A stretch of DNA of 25,447 nucleotides from a virus (lineage: Duplodnaviria > Caudoviricetes), in the IMG/VR virus record IMGVR_UViG_3300020235_000430, positions 1 to 25,447 of that record; one strand, 5' to 3'. The notes beneath the pieces are model-generated. The model was not told the DNA's origin and made no database searches. It saw only the letters and a program-made list of their open reading frames with translations. Positions 17,241-25,447 of this stretch are shown here, piece after piece (the first letter of the stretch is position 1; the number at the start of each line of letters is the position of its first letter). The translations under genes were made by a program, and so were the position numbers.

Positions 17241-18605
17241 TCAGAACGACGCGCTCAAGCCGTCGATGCGGACGTTCTTCCTGGGCGCAACACAGAAGAG
17301 TTGCTCGTACATCACGCCGGTCGCGTAGAAGGCATCCTTCCGCCCCGTGGCATCCGTTACGCGGTTCCAGATGGATCCGGTCCGGTCATCCCACTCCCAC
17401 GAGTTCAGCGTGAGCCGACGCCAGGTGTCGTTCTGCAAGCAGAAGACGACCTCGGGCGGCAGCTTACGAGCGACCTTCAACATGACGGTGCGGTCACCGA
17501 GAACGATTTCCACATGTCCCTTCCCGCCCGCGTACTGGCCACGGGGGTCGTTGAAGATCCGATCACCCTTCAGGCTCTGCCAGTAACCACGGCAGGCGGC
17601 CCGCGATGCGACGACGCAGTCGATGCGTCCAGCACCCTTCACCGCGACCTCATCGTCCGCGAAGACGAGAAGCTCCTCGGTGAGTTGTCCACCCCAGACG
17701 GCGTCGGAGCCGTCGATGACGATGGACCTCCACAGGCGGTTCCCGCTCGCCGTCCGGTCGATGTTGTTGTACGTGGAGACGATCCCACCGTCGTCCGCGC
17801 CAGCCATCAACCCGGCGATCTCGCGGTCGTCACCAGACGACGCCTGCACTGCGGAGTTACCGGCACCGTCACCAGCGACGATGTACAGTCCGGCACCGTC
17901 CGCCACCCAGGCGTCGATGGTGGCCTCAACACCCGAGAACGTCAGGAGGGCCGAATCCTCGTCGATGTCGATGAGGGTCAAAGCCTGCGCCGTCCCAGGG
18001 TTCAGGATGGCGCTGTCGTCCAGCGGGCCTGCGGCTGCGAGAGCGACACAGCCCTCACCTTCCATGAACTGCAAGAAGGCGTCGGTGAACCCATCCACCC
18101 CAACGGAGCGGTCCACGACCACCGACATGGTCGAGGAACTGAGCTTCGTGGGGGTGGCTGCGGCTCGCGCCTTCACCCCGGCACCGAAGCCGATGTACAT
18201 CCGGTCGATCTCGTTCACCAGACGGGTGACGAGGTCGGGGAGAGCCCTCTCCATGTAGTTGATGAAGGCTCCCTCATCGCCCACGACACGACGCATCGTG
18301 TCACCCGTCATCTCGACGGTTCCCTGAATCTTCTTCAGGAAGAGGCGGCTGTTCTTGAAGACCGGGTCATCCGCCTCGGGGATGTACTCGTTCTCCAGAC
18401 GCGCACCAACACCAGCAGGAAGCTGGAAGTAGTGCGCCATTTCCACGAAACGACCGCCCGTCGTGTTGTCGTTCTGGACGTTCATGTCGGTCTGGAAGAT
18501 CGACATCAACTCCGTGTCCTCGACGATGTTCACGATGAGGGGATCCGAGAAGATGACCTTCATCGCCTCGGTGATCGCATCAGTGGTCGTGGTGATGCTG
18601 GGCAT
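17241..18605 (-). CDS. Major capsid protein (HK97 fold expected)
   Basis: Follows scaffold and portal; 454 aa; motifs GVGARLENEYIP, KKIQGTVEMTG and C-terminal Y.QLFC..PR.N.RI.GL typical of phage coat proteins; GAGGT RBS. Confidence 0.85.
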   Translation of the reverse strand: MPSITTTTDAITEAMKVIFSDPLIVNIVEDTELMSIFQTDMNVQNDNTTGGRFVEMAHYFQLPAGVGARLENEYIPEADDPVFKNSRLFLKKIQGTVEMTGDTMRRVVGDEGAFINYMERALPDLVTRLVNEIDRMYIGFGAGVKARAAATPTKLSSSTMSVVVDRSVGVDGFTDAFLQFMEGEGCVALAAAGPLDDSAILNPGTAQALTLIDIDEDSALLTFSGVEATIDAWVADGAGLYIVAGDGAGNSAVQASSGDDREIAGLMAGADDGGIVSTYNNIDRTASGNRLWRSIVIDGSDAVWGGQLTEELLVFADDEVAVKGAGRIDCVVASRAACRGYWQSLKGDRIFNDPRGQYAGGKGHVEIVLGDRTVMLKVARKLPPEVVFCLQNDTWRRLTLNSWEWDDRTGSIWNRVTDATGRKDAFYATGVMYEQLFCVAPRKNVRIDGLSASF

Positions 18606-18628
18606 GACCTTACCTCTGGATCAGATGA

Positions 18629-19921
18629 TTAGCGGTTCAAGAGAGCAGCCAAGCCGCGCTTGCGGACTTCCTCGACCCTCTGCTTGAGATTCTGACCCGG
18701 AGGCAGTTTGCTGGCTTCGGTCGGCGCTGCGTGCTTCCCCGGTCCGGGGGCTGCGGCGACTTTCTTCCGCTTCTTACTGGCCTTCACGAGTTGCTTGCCG
18801 GTCTTCGGCTTCGCCTTGGACTTCTTCCGAGTCGAAGGTTTGCCACGGAGCCGCTGCCCGTTGTCCTTCAGGGCCTTCCTGGCGTCGAGCGGGTCGATCC
18901 CGTTCAACTCCAGCCGTTCTGCTACGATGGTCGGTAGGTCTTTCGCCTCCAGGGTGAGCAGCTTGTGGCGGTTGATGTGATCCACCACGTCTCGCGTCAC
19001 GTCTGCAAGCAACCTCGTCCTACGACCCTCTTCCATCTCGTCGGGGATCATCCTTTCGATCCCCTCCCGGAGCGTGGCAGCGTTCTTGTTCTGCGCTGTC
19101 CGGTTTGCCCTCGCCTTCTGGAGAGCCTCCCTCGTCTCAAACCGAGCAGCCTTCGCCTCGGCCTGTAGAGTTCTAAGTGCTGAGGGCTCTTCGAGCAACT
19201 CCTGCACGGTCTCCTTCAGGGCGTCCCAGGCACCTGGCGCGGTCATCAGCGCGAGGGCCACCTGGGGGAGATGCTTCTCTTCGATGTGCTCCAGGACGAA
19301 GCCAGCCGGGTCCACCCCGAACTGCTCTTCGATCTCGTAAAGCTCTTCCTGGGCGGCCTGGATCTCCGAGAGGCCGGTGCGGTACGCCTCGCCCCGCATG
19401 AACCCGTTCTTGAGTTGGTTCAGCCTCTCGGCGGTCTCCTGGTCATCGACGACTATTTCGAGGTCGTCGTCGTCGGGGCCACGTCCGGGGATGGAGACCG
19501 TGATCTCCTCCTCCTCCTTCTCCTCCTCCTCACCGTCCCCCTCGGACTCGTCGGACTCGTCTCCCGCTTCTGCCCCGGACTTGTCCTCGTCGTCGTCCTC
19601 GTGCTCGTCGGACCCTTCATCGTCGTCCTCTAGTAGCTCTTCATCGAGCCCGAGCCCTTCCCCTTCGGCGGACTCGTCCTCATCGCCGGGACGTTCATCT
19701 TCATCCCCTGACCCGTCGCCGCTACCGGAGCCTTGATGCTGCTCCCCTTGAGCGGAGAGTTCGTCGAAGTCGCTCCCCCGCTGGTGACGTGACTCATCGT
19801 CGTCTCCCTTTTCGAGTTGAGCCCTCGCCTGCGCGAGAGCTTCTTTGATGCCGAACTTGCCCCCTGCTCCGCCGCTGTCCTCGGTTCCCTCGCCTTCGAG
19901 GTTTTCAGACTCGTCTGGCAC
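18629..19921 (-). CDS. Capsid scaffolding protein
   Basis: Between portal and capsid; very acidic low-complexity N-terminus, helical core, Lys-rich C-terminus; GGAG RBS and GTG start. Confidence 0.75.
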   Translation of the reverse strand: MPDESENLEGEGTEDSGGAGGKFGIKEALAQARAQLEKGDDDESRHQRGSDFDELSAQGEQHQGSGSGDGSGDEDERPGDEDESAEGEGLGLDEELLEDDDEGSDEHEDDDEDKSGAEAGDESDESEGDGEEEEKEEEEITVSIPGRGPDDDDLEIVVDDQETAERLNQLKNGFMRGEAYRTGLSEIQAAQEELYEIEEQFGVDPAGFVLEHIEEKHLPQVALALMTAPGAWDALKETVQELLEEPSALRTLQAEAKAARFETREALQKARANRTAQNKNAATLREGIERMIPDEMEEGRRTRLLADVTRDVVDHINRHKLLTLEAKDLPTIVAERLELNGIDPLDARKALKDNGQRLRGKPSTRKKSKAKPKTGKQLVKASKKRKKVAAAPGPGKHAAPTEASKLPPGQNLKQRVEEVRKRGLAALLNR

Positions 19922-19934
19922 GTCCTACTCCTGC

Positions 19935-22274
19935 TTACTGAGGTAGAGGCGGTGGGCCCAGAGGTGACTCACCCTGGCTTCCAGGAAGAGCCCCAGGACC
20001 GGGGGCGACTTCGGATGATGTAGCATCAGGCCCTCCGCCGCCACCTCCGCCGCCCGTTCCACCCTCCAGCGGTACACCCCCTGGGGGTGGTGCCATCTCG
20101 GCGGCCTTCATCTGGATGTTCATGATGTGCATCTGCCGGTGCATGACGAACTGCTGCTGCACGACGGGGTCGAGTTCGAGGAACTCCGGCGACGACATGA
20201 ACTCCTCGTGGCTCATCAGGTGGACCAGATCGTCGTACCACTCGAACACCGGGATCTCCATCGCGGGGACCCCCTGGAGCATCTTGCCGTTCTCTTGGTC
20301 GGCAGTGATGCGGTGGATCCCCCCGAACTTCCCGGCGCGGCCCAGGTGCGGGAACCGCGATAGCTCGAAGAAGGCGTTCGTCGCTGCCGGGGTCCCTGGC
20401 GGTCCGAAGAGCCCGTTGGCGTACAGGGCGGTGATGTTCTTCTGGCGCTCGCCTCGGCCCTCGGGCAGCATCGACTCCACGTCGGCCTGCACGTTTACAG
20501 AGGCGCTCTCGAAGAGGTCCGGGTAGACCATGATGGTCCGGGCGACGTTGTCCTCACCCGCGTAGGCGAGGATGTCCTCTTCGTCGTAGAGCGCCGGGAA
20601 GATCACGATCCAGTCTTCGACCATGCGACCGAACTCCTCGGCTGCTCGACGCATCGTCGGCCCCAGGAAGCGGTCGGAGTTGAAGCGAAGCTCCTTCACG
20701 AGTTCGCCCGAAGCGTCCTCGGTCGGGGCCGCACCCTCTGTCCCCACCAGGTTGCCGAGTTCGTCGATCTCCTGCCTCAAGAACTCCAGCGTCCGGTACA
20801 CGTCCGGGGACAGTGGGGGCGGTGCGACCCACTCGAACGGCGGGATGTTCGCCCGTCTCGTGACCTTCAGCCCCAGGCCCGGACGGTTCGTCACCTGTCG
20901 CTCGTTCAGGCCCGACTGGGCGTCGATGATCTTGATCGGATTCGTCGAGAGGTTGGTGTGCTCCAGCAGCCCGGCAGCGGTCTTGTTGTACATCCGCTGA
21001 GGCTGGTTCATGGCCTCCTGGGGGGTCGTGCCTCCAGCGGGGCGTCCGGGAAGGCGGACGAACTCGAAGCGCCTGATGGGCGACGTGTACGGGTAGGCCA
21101 GTGGGCGCGGCGAATCGTGCAGGCACTTCTCCCGCGTGACCACGAGCAGCCGTCCACCGGGCTGCTTGGGACCCTCCTCCATGCCCGCGAACGGAGCGGG
21201 TCGGTGCCAGAGCGTGAAGACCTCCACGGTGGGCTCCGGGATGACGACGTTCGTGCTGAAGTCGCTGCCGATGGTGTTCGGATCAGCCGCGCCGAAGTAC
21301 CCCGAGCCGTAGATGAACCGCTCCAGGATTCCGGTGTCGGAGCCGCCCTGGTTCGGGACCTGGTACCCCTCGACCTTGATGCCGTACAACTCGAAGATTT
21401 CGTTCGTGGTGTGGAACGTCCGGGTCATGTGCCAGGACTTCTCGTGCCACGGGTCGGGGCCCCACTCACCGCGCACCTGGACGGCGTTGAGAACCTGCAC
21501 GTCGAGGTCTCCCCTCCGTTCGACGTGGGCCCCCTCGGGACCGACAGGTTCCCCGGAGTCGTCGAACTGCGGCTTGCCCTCCGCGCTGAAGCCGATGTTC
21601 CCGTCGAGGCCATCCAGGGCTTGGACCTGTTCCTCCGTGAGCCCCTCCATGTCCTCCTCGCCTGCCTGCCCCTCGAACGTGACGAAGTCGCCCTTCCGCA
21701 GGTTAATCGTACTCTGGAGGTACGTGGTGCCCGCAGGGATGAGCCAGGCGCTCGCCCGGTCCCACACCTCGGCCATGTTGATCTCCCGCCACTTCTTCTT
21801 GAAGATCACGTCGAGGGTCGCGGCCAGCATCGCGTCGTCCCGATCCGGCCCTGGCACGAACGTGACGATGGGCGGGTTCTCGGTCATGCGGGCGTGGGTG
21901 ATGATGAACCACGGGAGCAGCCGGTTGAAGACGGGCCGCTGCCGCCACTTCTTCTCGTCGGTGGTCATCCACCGGGTCACGTCGATGAAGCGACCCAGGC
22001 GCGGGTTGAAGACGCTCCACTGCTGCCCGGAGAGCATCCTGATGTTCTCTTCGATCTGACGGTCCCGCCTGCGAACCGAGTCGTCCTGGGAGTCCCACAT
22101 GTAGGTCGCCCAGGTGATGCGCTTCCGGTCGTCGTCGTCGGACTCCCCGTGGCCGTCCTCGGAGGGCTGTCGGATGTCCGGGATGTCGTCGAAGTCGAAC
22201 GCCTGGCCACCCGGAGAGAGGGCCACTGTGGGACTGCCCTTCATGCCCCCGAAGCGTGAGGAACTGAGGGCCAT
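19935..22274 (-). CDS. Portal protein
   Basis: 779 aa; EN.RML.GQQW, PVFNRL, ENPP...PG..RDD..A, Q.MYNK, H..H.EF segments and a Pro/Gly-rich tail typical of P22-like portals; upstream of scaffold and capsid; GGAG RBS. Confidence 0.88.
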   Translation of the reverse strand: MALSSSRFGGMKGSPTVALSPGGQAFDFDDIPDIRQPSEDGHGESDDDDRKRITWATYMWDSQDDSVRRRDRQIEENIRMLSGQQWSVFNPRLGRFIDVTRWMTTDEKKWRQRPVFNRLLPWFIITHARMTENPPIVTFVPGPDRDDAMLAATLDVIFKKKWREINMAEVWDRASAWLIPAGTTYLQSTINLRKGDFVTFEGQAGEEDMEGLTEEQVQALDGLDGNIGFSAEGKPQFDDSGEPVGPEGAHVERRGDLDVQVLNAVQVRGEWGPDPWHEKSWHMTRTFHTTNEIFELYGIKVEGYQVPNQGGSDTGILERFIYGSGYFGAADPNTIGSDFSTNVVIPEPTVEVFTLWHRPAPFAGMEEGPKQPGGRLLVVTREKCLHDSPRPLAYPYTSPIRRFEFVRLPGRPAGGTTPQEAMNQPQRMYNKTAAGLLEHTNLSTNPIKIIDAQSGLNERQVTNRPGLGLKVTRRANIPPFEWVAPPPLSPDVYRTLEFLRQEIDELGNLVGTEGAAPTEDASGELVKELRFNSDRFLGPTMRRAAEEFGRMVEDWIVIFPALYDEEDILAYAGEDNVARTIMVYPDLFESASVNVQADVESMLPEGRGERQKNITALYANGLFGPPGTPAATNAFFELSRFPHLGRAGKFGGIHRITADQENGKMLQGVPAMEIPVFEWYDDLVHLMSHEEFMSSPEFLELDPVVQQQFVMHRQMHIMNIQMKAAEMAPPPGGVPLEGGTGGGGGGGGPDATSSEVAPGPGALPGSQGESPLGPPPLPQ

Positions 22275-22275
22275 G

Positions 22276-22515
22276 CTACTCTCCAGTCAGTGTGATGGGG
22301 GCTCCGGTGCGGATCGCCGGGATAAGCTGCTCCACCTGGGCGTAGGGAAGCGTGGAGAGCGTGTCGAGCGTGGCCTTCCAGACCTCGATGGGGATCGCGA
22401 CGTGGGTCGGGGATCCCGACTTGGCGACCTCGACTGCTGGAGTCGCTCCGTTCGGTGTGGCCTTGGTCTTCTCCTTCTCAAGTCCCTCGGTCACGCCTGC
22501 CCGTGGCTCGCTCAT
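22276..22515 (-). CDS. Small hypothetical protein (79 aa)
   Basis: Start moved to ATG 22515 (ATGA overlap, GAGG upstream); motif L..LPYAQV..LI..I. Confidence 0.7.
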   Translation of the reverse strand: MSEPRAGVTEGLEKEKTKATPNGATPAVEVAKSGSPTHVAIPIEVWKATLDTLSTLPYAQVEQLIPAIRTGAPITLTGE

Positions 22516-22817
22516 GGGGTCCTCTCTGGTTCGGGCGCACCGGGATCGACAGCCCGGTCGCGGAGCTTCTGTTCGGTGTCCGCCTTCGCCGCGTCGATGT
22601 GGACGAGTTGGTCTTCGAGTTGGTTCGGCAGTTGGTGCGCCTGGTGAGCCAGCATCCTGGTCCGCTGGTCCGGGTCGGTTAGCAGATCCCACATGCCACA
22701 CATGTACCCGAAGAAGCTCACCGGCTCATCAGCTTCGCCGTCGATCTGGATCTCCTGACGGACTATCGTCTGGATCTCCTCCCACTCTGCTGGGTCTGCC
22801 TCGAAGCCTTGGATCAT
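22512..22817 (-). CDS. Hypothetical protein (101 aa)
   Basis: Start moved to ATG 22817 (ATGA overlap with the upstream stop). Confidence 0.65.
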   Translation of the reverse strand: MIQGFEADPAEWEEIQTIVRQEIQIDGEADEPVSFFGYMCGMWDLLTDPDQRTRMLAHQAHQLPNQLEDQLVHIDAAKADTEQKLRDRAVDPGAPEPERTP

Positions 22818-23125
22818 GGGTCGATGTCGGGGTTCACGGTGCCGTAGACGAACTCGAAGTCGATGGAGTCCGGGTCGATGGCCCCGCCTGTTGGGTTGTA
22901 GAGTACCGTGCGTAGCGTGTCGGCGGCAACGACCATCCAAGTGATTAGCAGATCGTCGATAGTCGTCGCGGTCGTGACGGGAGCCCAGGTGATGATGTGA
23001 GTCCCGAGCGCGAGACCGGGCACGTTCGTGTCCACGACCACGGTGCCGTTCGAGCTAACGCTGGGGAAGTCGATGGTGACGCGGGCGACCGTGAGGCCCT
23101 CGAAGATCGTGTCGAGCCTACGCAC
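22814..23125 (-). CDS. Small beta-rich virion-associated protein
   Basis: IDFPSV...VPG...V.AADT.R..LYNPTGGAIDP pattern recalled from phage fibre-associated domains; start moved to GTG 23125 with GGAG upstream. Confidence 0.65.
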   Translation of the reverse strand: MRRLDTIFEGLTVARVTIDFPSVSSNGTVVVDTNVPGLALGTHIITWAPVTTATTIDDLLITWMVVAADTLRTVLYNPTGGAIDPDSIDFEFVYGTVNPDIDP

Positions 23126-24863
23126 CAGTCGTCTCCAGGATGCGCCACCGGGCTGTCGCGCCGTCATACCAGAGCAGCGCGGAATCACCAGGCCCAAGTG
23201 TCAGGTCCGCGCCGGTCGGTGAGATGATCCGGTTCGTGGCCAGACTACCAACGTCTTGATGTCCAAGCACCAGATCGAACGAGCCGATGTTGACGAGTCG
23301 CAACTCATCGTCTGCCTCAGAGAAATCGACTGTCGTAGCGTCGATGCCTGTGATGGTGCGGGAGGCGTCAGTATCCAAGCGCAGCAGACCACGCATCGCG
23401 GTGCCAGAACCCTGTCCCTGATAGTCGTCCTGATCTGCCGTGATCTGAGCAGGACTGATCGGAACGAGAGCGTTGGCTCCTTGCACCTTCGCACGAACGG
23501 TGACTGTGAACGTGAGGCGAGAAGCCTCGTAGATTTGGTTGGCTACGCCGAGCGTGTAGACCCGCAACCGATAGAGCCCAGAGTTGTCTGCGCCTGCACG
23601 TTCAGCCGAGAAGAACGCGATGTTGTTCTTTACGGCAGCATCATCTTCGATGGTCCAGAACAGTGCCGTGCCGAAGCCATCGACCATATCGCCAGACGAC
23701 TGTCCGGTGAGCCTCCACGAAGACAGGAGCAGGTTTACGCTGGATGCGCGGCGAATGAAATCGGAGACTGGGAACCCATCAGCTTCGACCCGCAGCCCGC
23801 CCTCCGGGATGACAACCTTTGCTGGCGTCGGGGCCGAGAAGTGGGGGTTGAGTATGAGATCCGCACCGTCCCAGTACATCGCGGCATCTGGCGACTGGGC
23901 TGAGGCACCAAATCGGATCAGGGCGTTGTCGTTGAAGTGAATGTCACCATCCCCGAAGTCGGACCACGCGCCTCCGGTGTTGAGCAGGAGCCATGCGTCC
24001 ACGGCCACGGTGATGGCGGAGCGGACCGCCGCCTTCTCGACCGCGCCGCCGAAGGGGATCGCGGTCACGTCGAGCCCGTAGTACGCGACCATGGTCTCGG
24101 TCCCAAGGCCCGGCTGGAACAGCCCAGCGGCAGGGTTCTGGGCCCACACCCCCCGGATGATTCCGAAGCTGATCGTGGACCCGGCCACGGTCGAGAACTT
24201 CGGGGACACCGTGAGGGCTGTGTGGTTGGTGACGTTCATGACCGCGCCGCTTACCTGCGTGCGGATGAGGCCCGACCAGTTCACCGCCGTCATGGTGGCT
24301 GTCGTGCGCGTGCCCGCGAAGGGGTTCGTGACTGAGACCCCGGCGTTTACCACCAGGGGATTCAGCGGGTTGTTCCCGGCCCCAGGCCCTGCAAACAACG
24401 CGGGGAGGGCCTGCATGACGGTGTAGGCCGCGAAGCCGGGGTTGACGAGCGTGGTGATCTCTGGAGCACCACGGAAGCTCTCGTAGATGAACGTCGGGTT
24501 GGTGAAACTGATCGTGCCCGAGAAGTTCATGCCGCCACCGACGAAGAGCGCCGTGAACGCCTCGACCGCGTCGTAGTCGAAGCCGTAGGCCGCGAGCGGG
24601 TTGGCGCTGTACGGGCCGAAGATGACCGGGGAGTTGAGCCTGACGAAGCCAGGGTCCGGTCCGGGGTTGCCCGCGAGCGTCAGGTCTTCGGCAGTGTCCG
24701 GCGAGCCGAAAGCGACCTGGCCACCGGCCCGCCCTGCAAGCAGCAGGTACTGGAGGTGGTCGTCGGCTGGCGGCCCCAGGCCCGCGAGCGACGAGTGTTC
24801 GATGGGGGGCTCGAACGGCGGCCCGTCCATCCCCTGCCCAGAAGCCTTCAGCCCCGAGTTCAT
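23118..24863 (-). CDS. Putative fibre / receptor-binding structural protein
   Basis: N-terminal HSSLAGL..DDH.QYLLL.GR.GGQ motif and C-terminal ITADQDDY...SRTITGI...NRI...LWYDG...RWR domain, both recalled from phage fibre-like proteins; start moved to ATG 24863 (TAATG overlap). Confidence 0.6.
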   Translation of the reverse strand: MNSGLKASGQGMDGPPFEPPIEHSSLAGLGPPADDHLQYLLLAGRAGGQVAFGSPDTAEDLTLAGNPGPDPGFVRLNSPVIFGPYSANPLAAYGFDYDAVEAFTALFVGGGMNFSGTISFTNPTFIYESFRGAPEITTLVNPGFAAYTVMQALPALFAGPGAGNNPLNPLVVNAGVSVTNPFAGTRTTATMTAVNWSGLIRTQVSGAVMNVTNHTALTVSPKFSTVAGSTISFGIIRGVWAQNPAAGLFQPGLGTETMVAYYGLDVTAIPFGGAVEKAAVRSAITVAVDAWLLLNTGGAWSDFGDGDIHFNDNALIRFGASAQSPDAAMYWDGADLILNPHFSAPTPAKVVIPEGGLRVEADGFPVSDFIRRASSVNLLLSSWRLTGQSSGDMVDGFGTALFWTIEDDAAVKNNIAFFSAERAGADNSGLYRLRVYTLGVANQIYEASRLTFTVTVRAKVQGANALVPISPAQITADQDDYQGQGSGTAMRGLLRLDTDASRTITGIDATTVDFSEADDELRLVNIGSFDLVLGHQDVGSLATNRIISPTGADLTLGPGDSALLWYDGATARWRILETTGA

Positions 24864-25282
24864 TAGGCCGCGAAAGCTCCTCCGCGAACCCAGCACTCGA
24901 ACGACTCAGCGTTCTCGGTGGCGAAGGCGATGATGTCGTTCGTGTCCGCCAGGACCAGTGGGGGATCGTTCAGCGCCGTGGTCAGGTCGATGACCGCACT
25001 GAACGCCTCCACAGTGCCGGACGGGATGATCGCCGCGACCGGGATCTCCCGCCACAGGAAGAAGTTTCCGCCGCCGTTGATCGACAGGAAGATGCGGACC
25101 ATGCCGAGCGTCGTTGTGCCGATAGCCTTGACTTCGATCTGGTCGATCCTGACGCCCTCCGTCTGACCGTCTGCTACGGTGACCAGGGTCCCAGAGCCGT
25201 CGAGGTTCGCGTTCGCCACGCTGATCGTGCCGTGCTCGTTGACGCCCGCTCTGGTGAAGACGGGCTGCTCGTTTTTTGCCAT
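24863..25282 (-). CDS. Hypothetical beta-rich virion-associated protein (139 aa)
   Basis: Overlap-coupled at both ends; ANANLDGSGT...RID.I.VKA.GTTT.GMVRIF pattern. Confidence 0.7.
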   Translation of the reverse strand: MAKNEQPVFTRAGVNEHGTISVANANLDGSGTLVTVADGQTEGVRIDQIEVKAIGTTTLGMVRIFLSINGGGNFFLWREIPVAAIIPSGTVEAFSAVIDLTTALNDPPLVLADTNDIIAFATENAESFECWVRGGAFAA

Positions 25283-25447
25283 CAGGAGAACCCTGCGTTA
25301 GAGGCACACATATCGTGAGGTGTCCACGGCTGACGACTGGTCGCCCTCGACAGAACGAACCTACCCAGGTCGGTCTCCATGAACAGGTCGTTCGCCATCT
25401 GCTGGCTGAACGGCAGCTTCACCGGGATGTGGAAGACGAAGCACGGC
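25282..25447 (-). CDS. Partial CDS (3' end only), hypothetical
   Basis: Frame is open from the window edge (...PCFVFHIPVKLPFSQQMANDLFMETDLGRF...NAGFS*) and ends in a TGATG overlap with the next gene. Confidence 0.6.
   Translation of the reverse strand, partial: PCFVFHIPVKLPFSQQMANDLFMETDLGRFVLSRATSRQPWTPHDMCASNAGFS

Larger units (their letters stand above)
1..25447. mobile_element. Tailed phage (Caudoviricetes) genome segment, podovirus-like morphogenesis module plus part of the replication arm
   Basis: Portal-scaffold-capsid-adaptor-nozzle-ejection-endolysin order on the - strand; almost no intergenic DNA; many ATGA/TGATG/TAATG stop-start overlaps; no host housekeeping genes; no tape measure, sheath or tail tube gene recognised. 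Confidence 0.93.

Noticed and set aside
17190-18632. Long + strand ORF (480 aa) antisense to the capsid gene, and similar ones at 20958-22259, 9409-10647 and 3405-4268
   Set aside because: These are shadow ORFs expected opposite GC3-rich genes; they have no RBS coupling or recognisable motifs.
19500-19720. TCC/TCG-rich low-complexity stretch resembling a tandem repeat
   Set aside because: It simply encodes the Asp/Glu-rich region of the scaffold protein; there is no fixed repeat unit and no spacers.
1-25447. CRISPR array, tRNA, integrase/att site, reverse transcriptase or DGR template-variable repeat pair
   Set aside because: None seen by eye; the window has almost no non-coding space and I noticed no long near-identical repeats.
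1-25447. Alternative genetic code or stop-codon reassignment
   Set aside because: Standard code 11 gives near-complete tiling with tight start-stop overlaps, and TGA, TAG and TAA are all used as stops.

Overview
This is a gene-dense, high-GC (roughly 65%) fragment of a tailed dsDNA bacteriophage or prophage with a podovirus-like, short-tail and ejected-protein architecture. A short + strand arm (1-2391) carries a DnaB/SF4-type helicase, two PD-(D/E)XK-type nucleases and hypothetical genes. It converges on a long - strand late operon that reads, in transcription order: fibre/accessory virion genes, portal, scaffold, major capsid, putative decoration protein, three paralogous adaptor/ring proteins, a split tail-nozzle gene carrying FN3-like domains, three putative ejection proteins, an M15 peptidase endolysin and small lysis-region genes. 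I saw no terminase, integrase, tRNA or CRISPR array. The most unusual signals are: (1) a strongly over-represented asymmetric DNA word YTTGCAG, with apparent absence of CTGCAG; (2) a VRR-NUC nuclease gene nested start-to-stop inside another gene, whose removal restores a clean reading frame; (3) a split nozzle gene with a 13-bp direct repeat at the split; (4) triplicated adaptor genes. All product calls come from motif recognition and synteny by eye. No database search was run.
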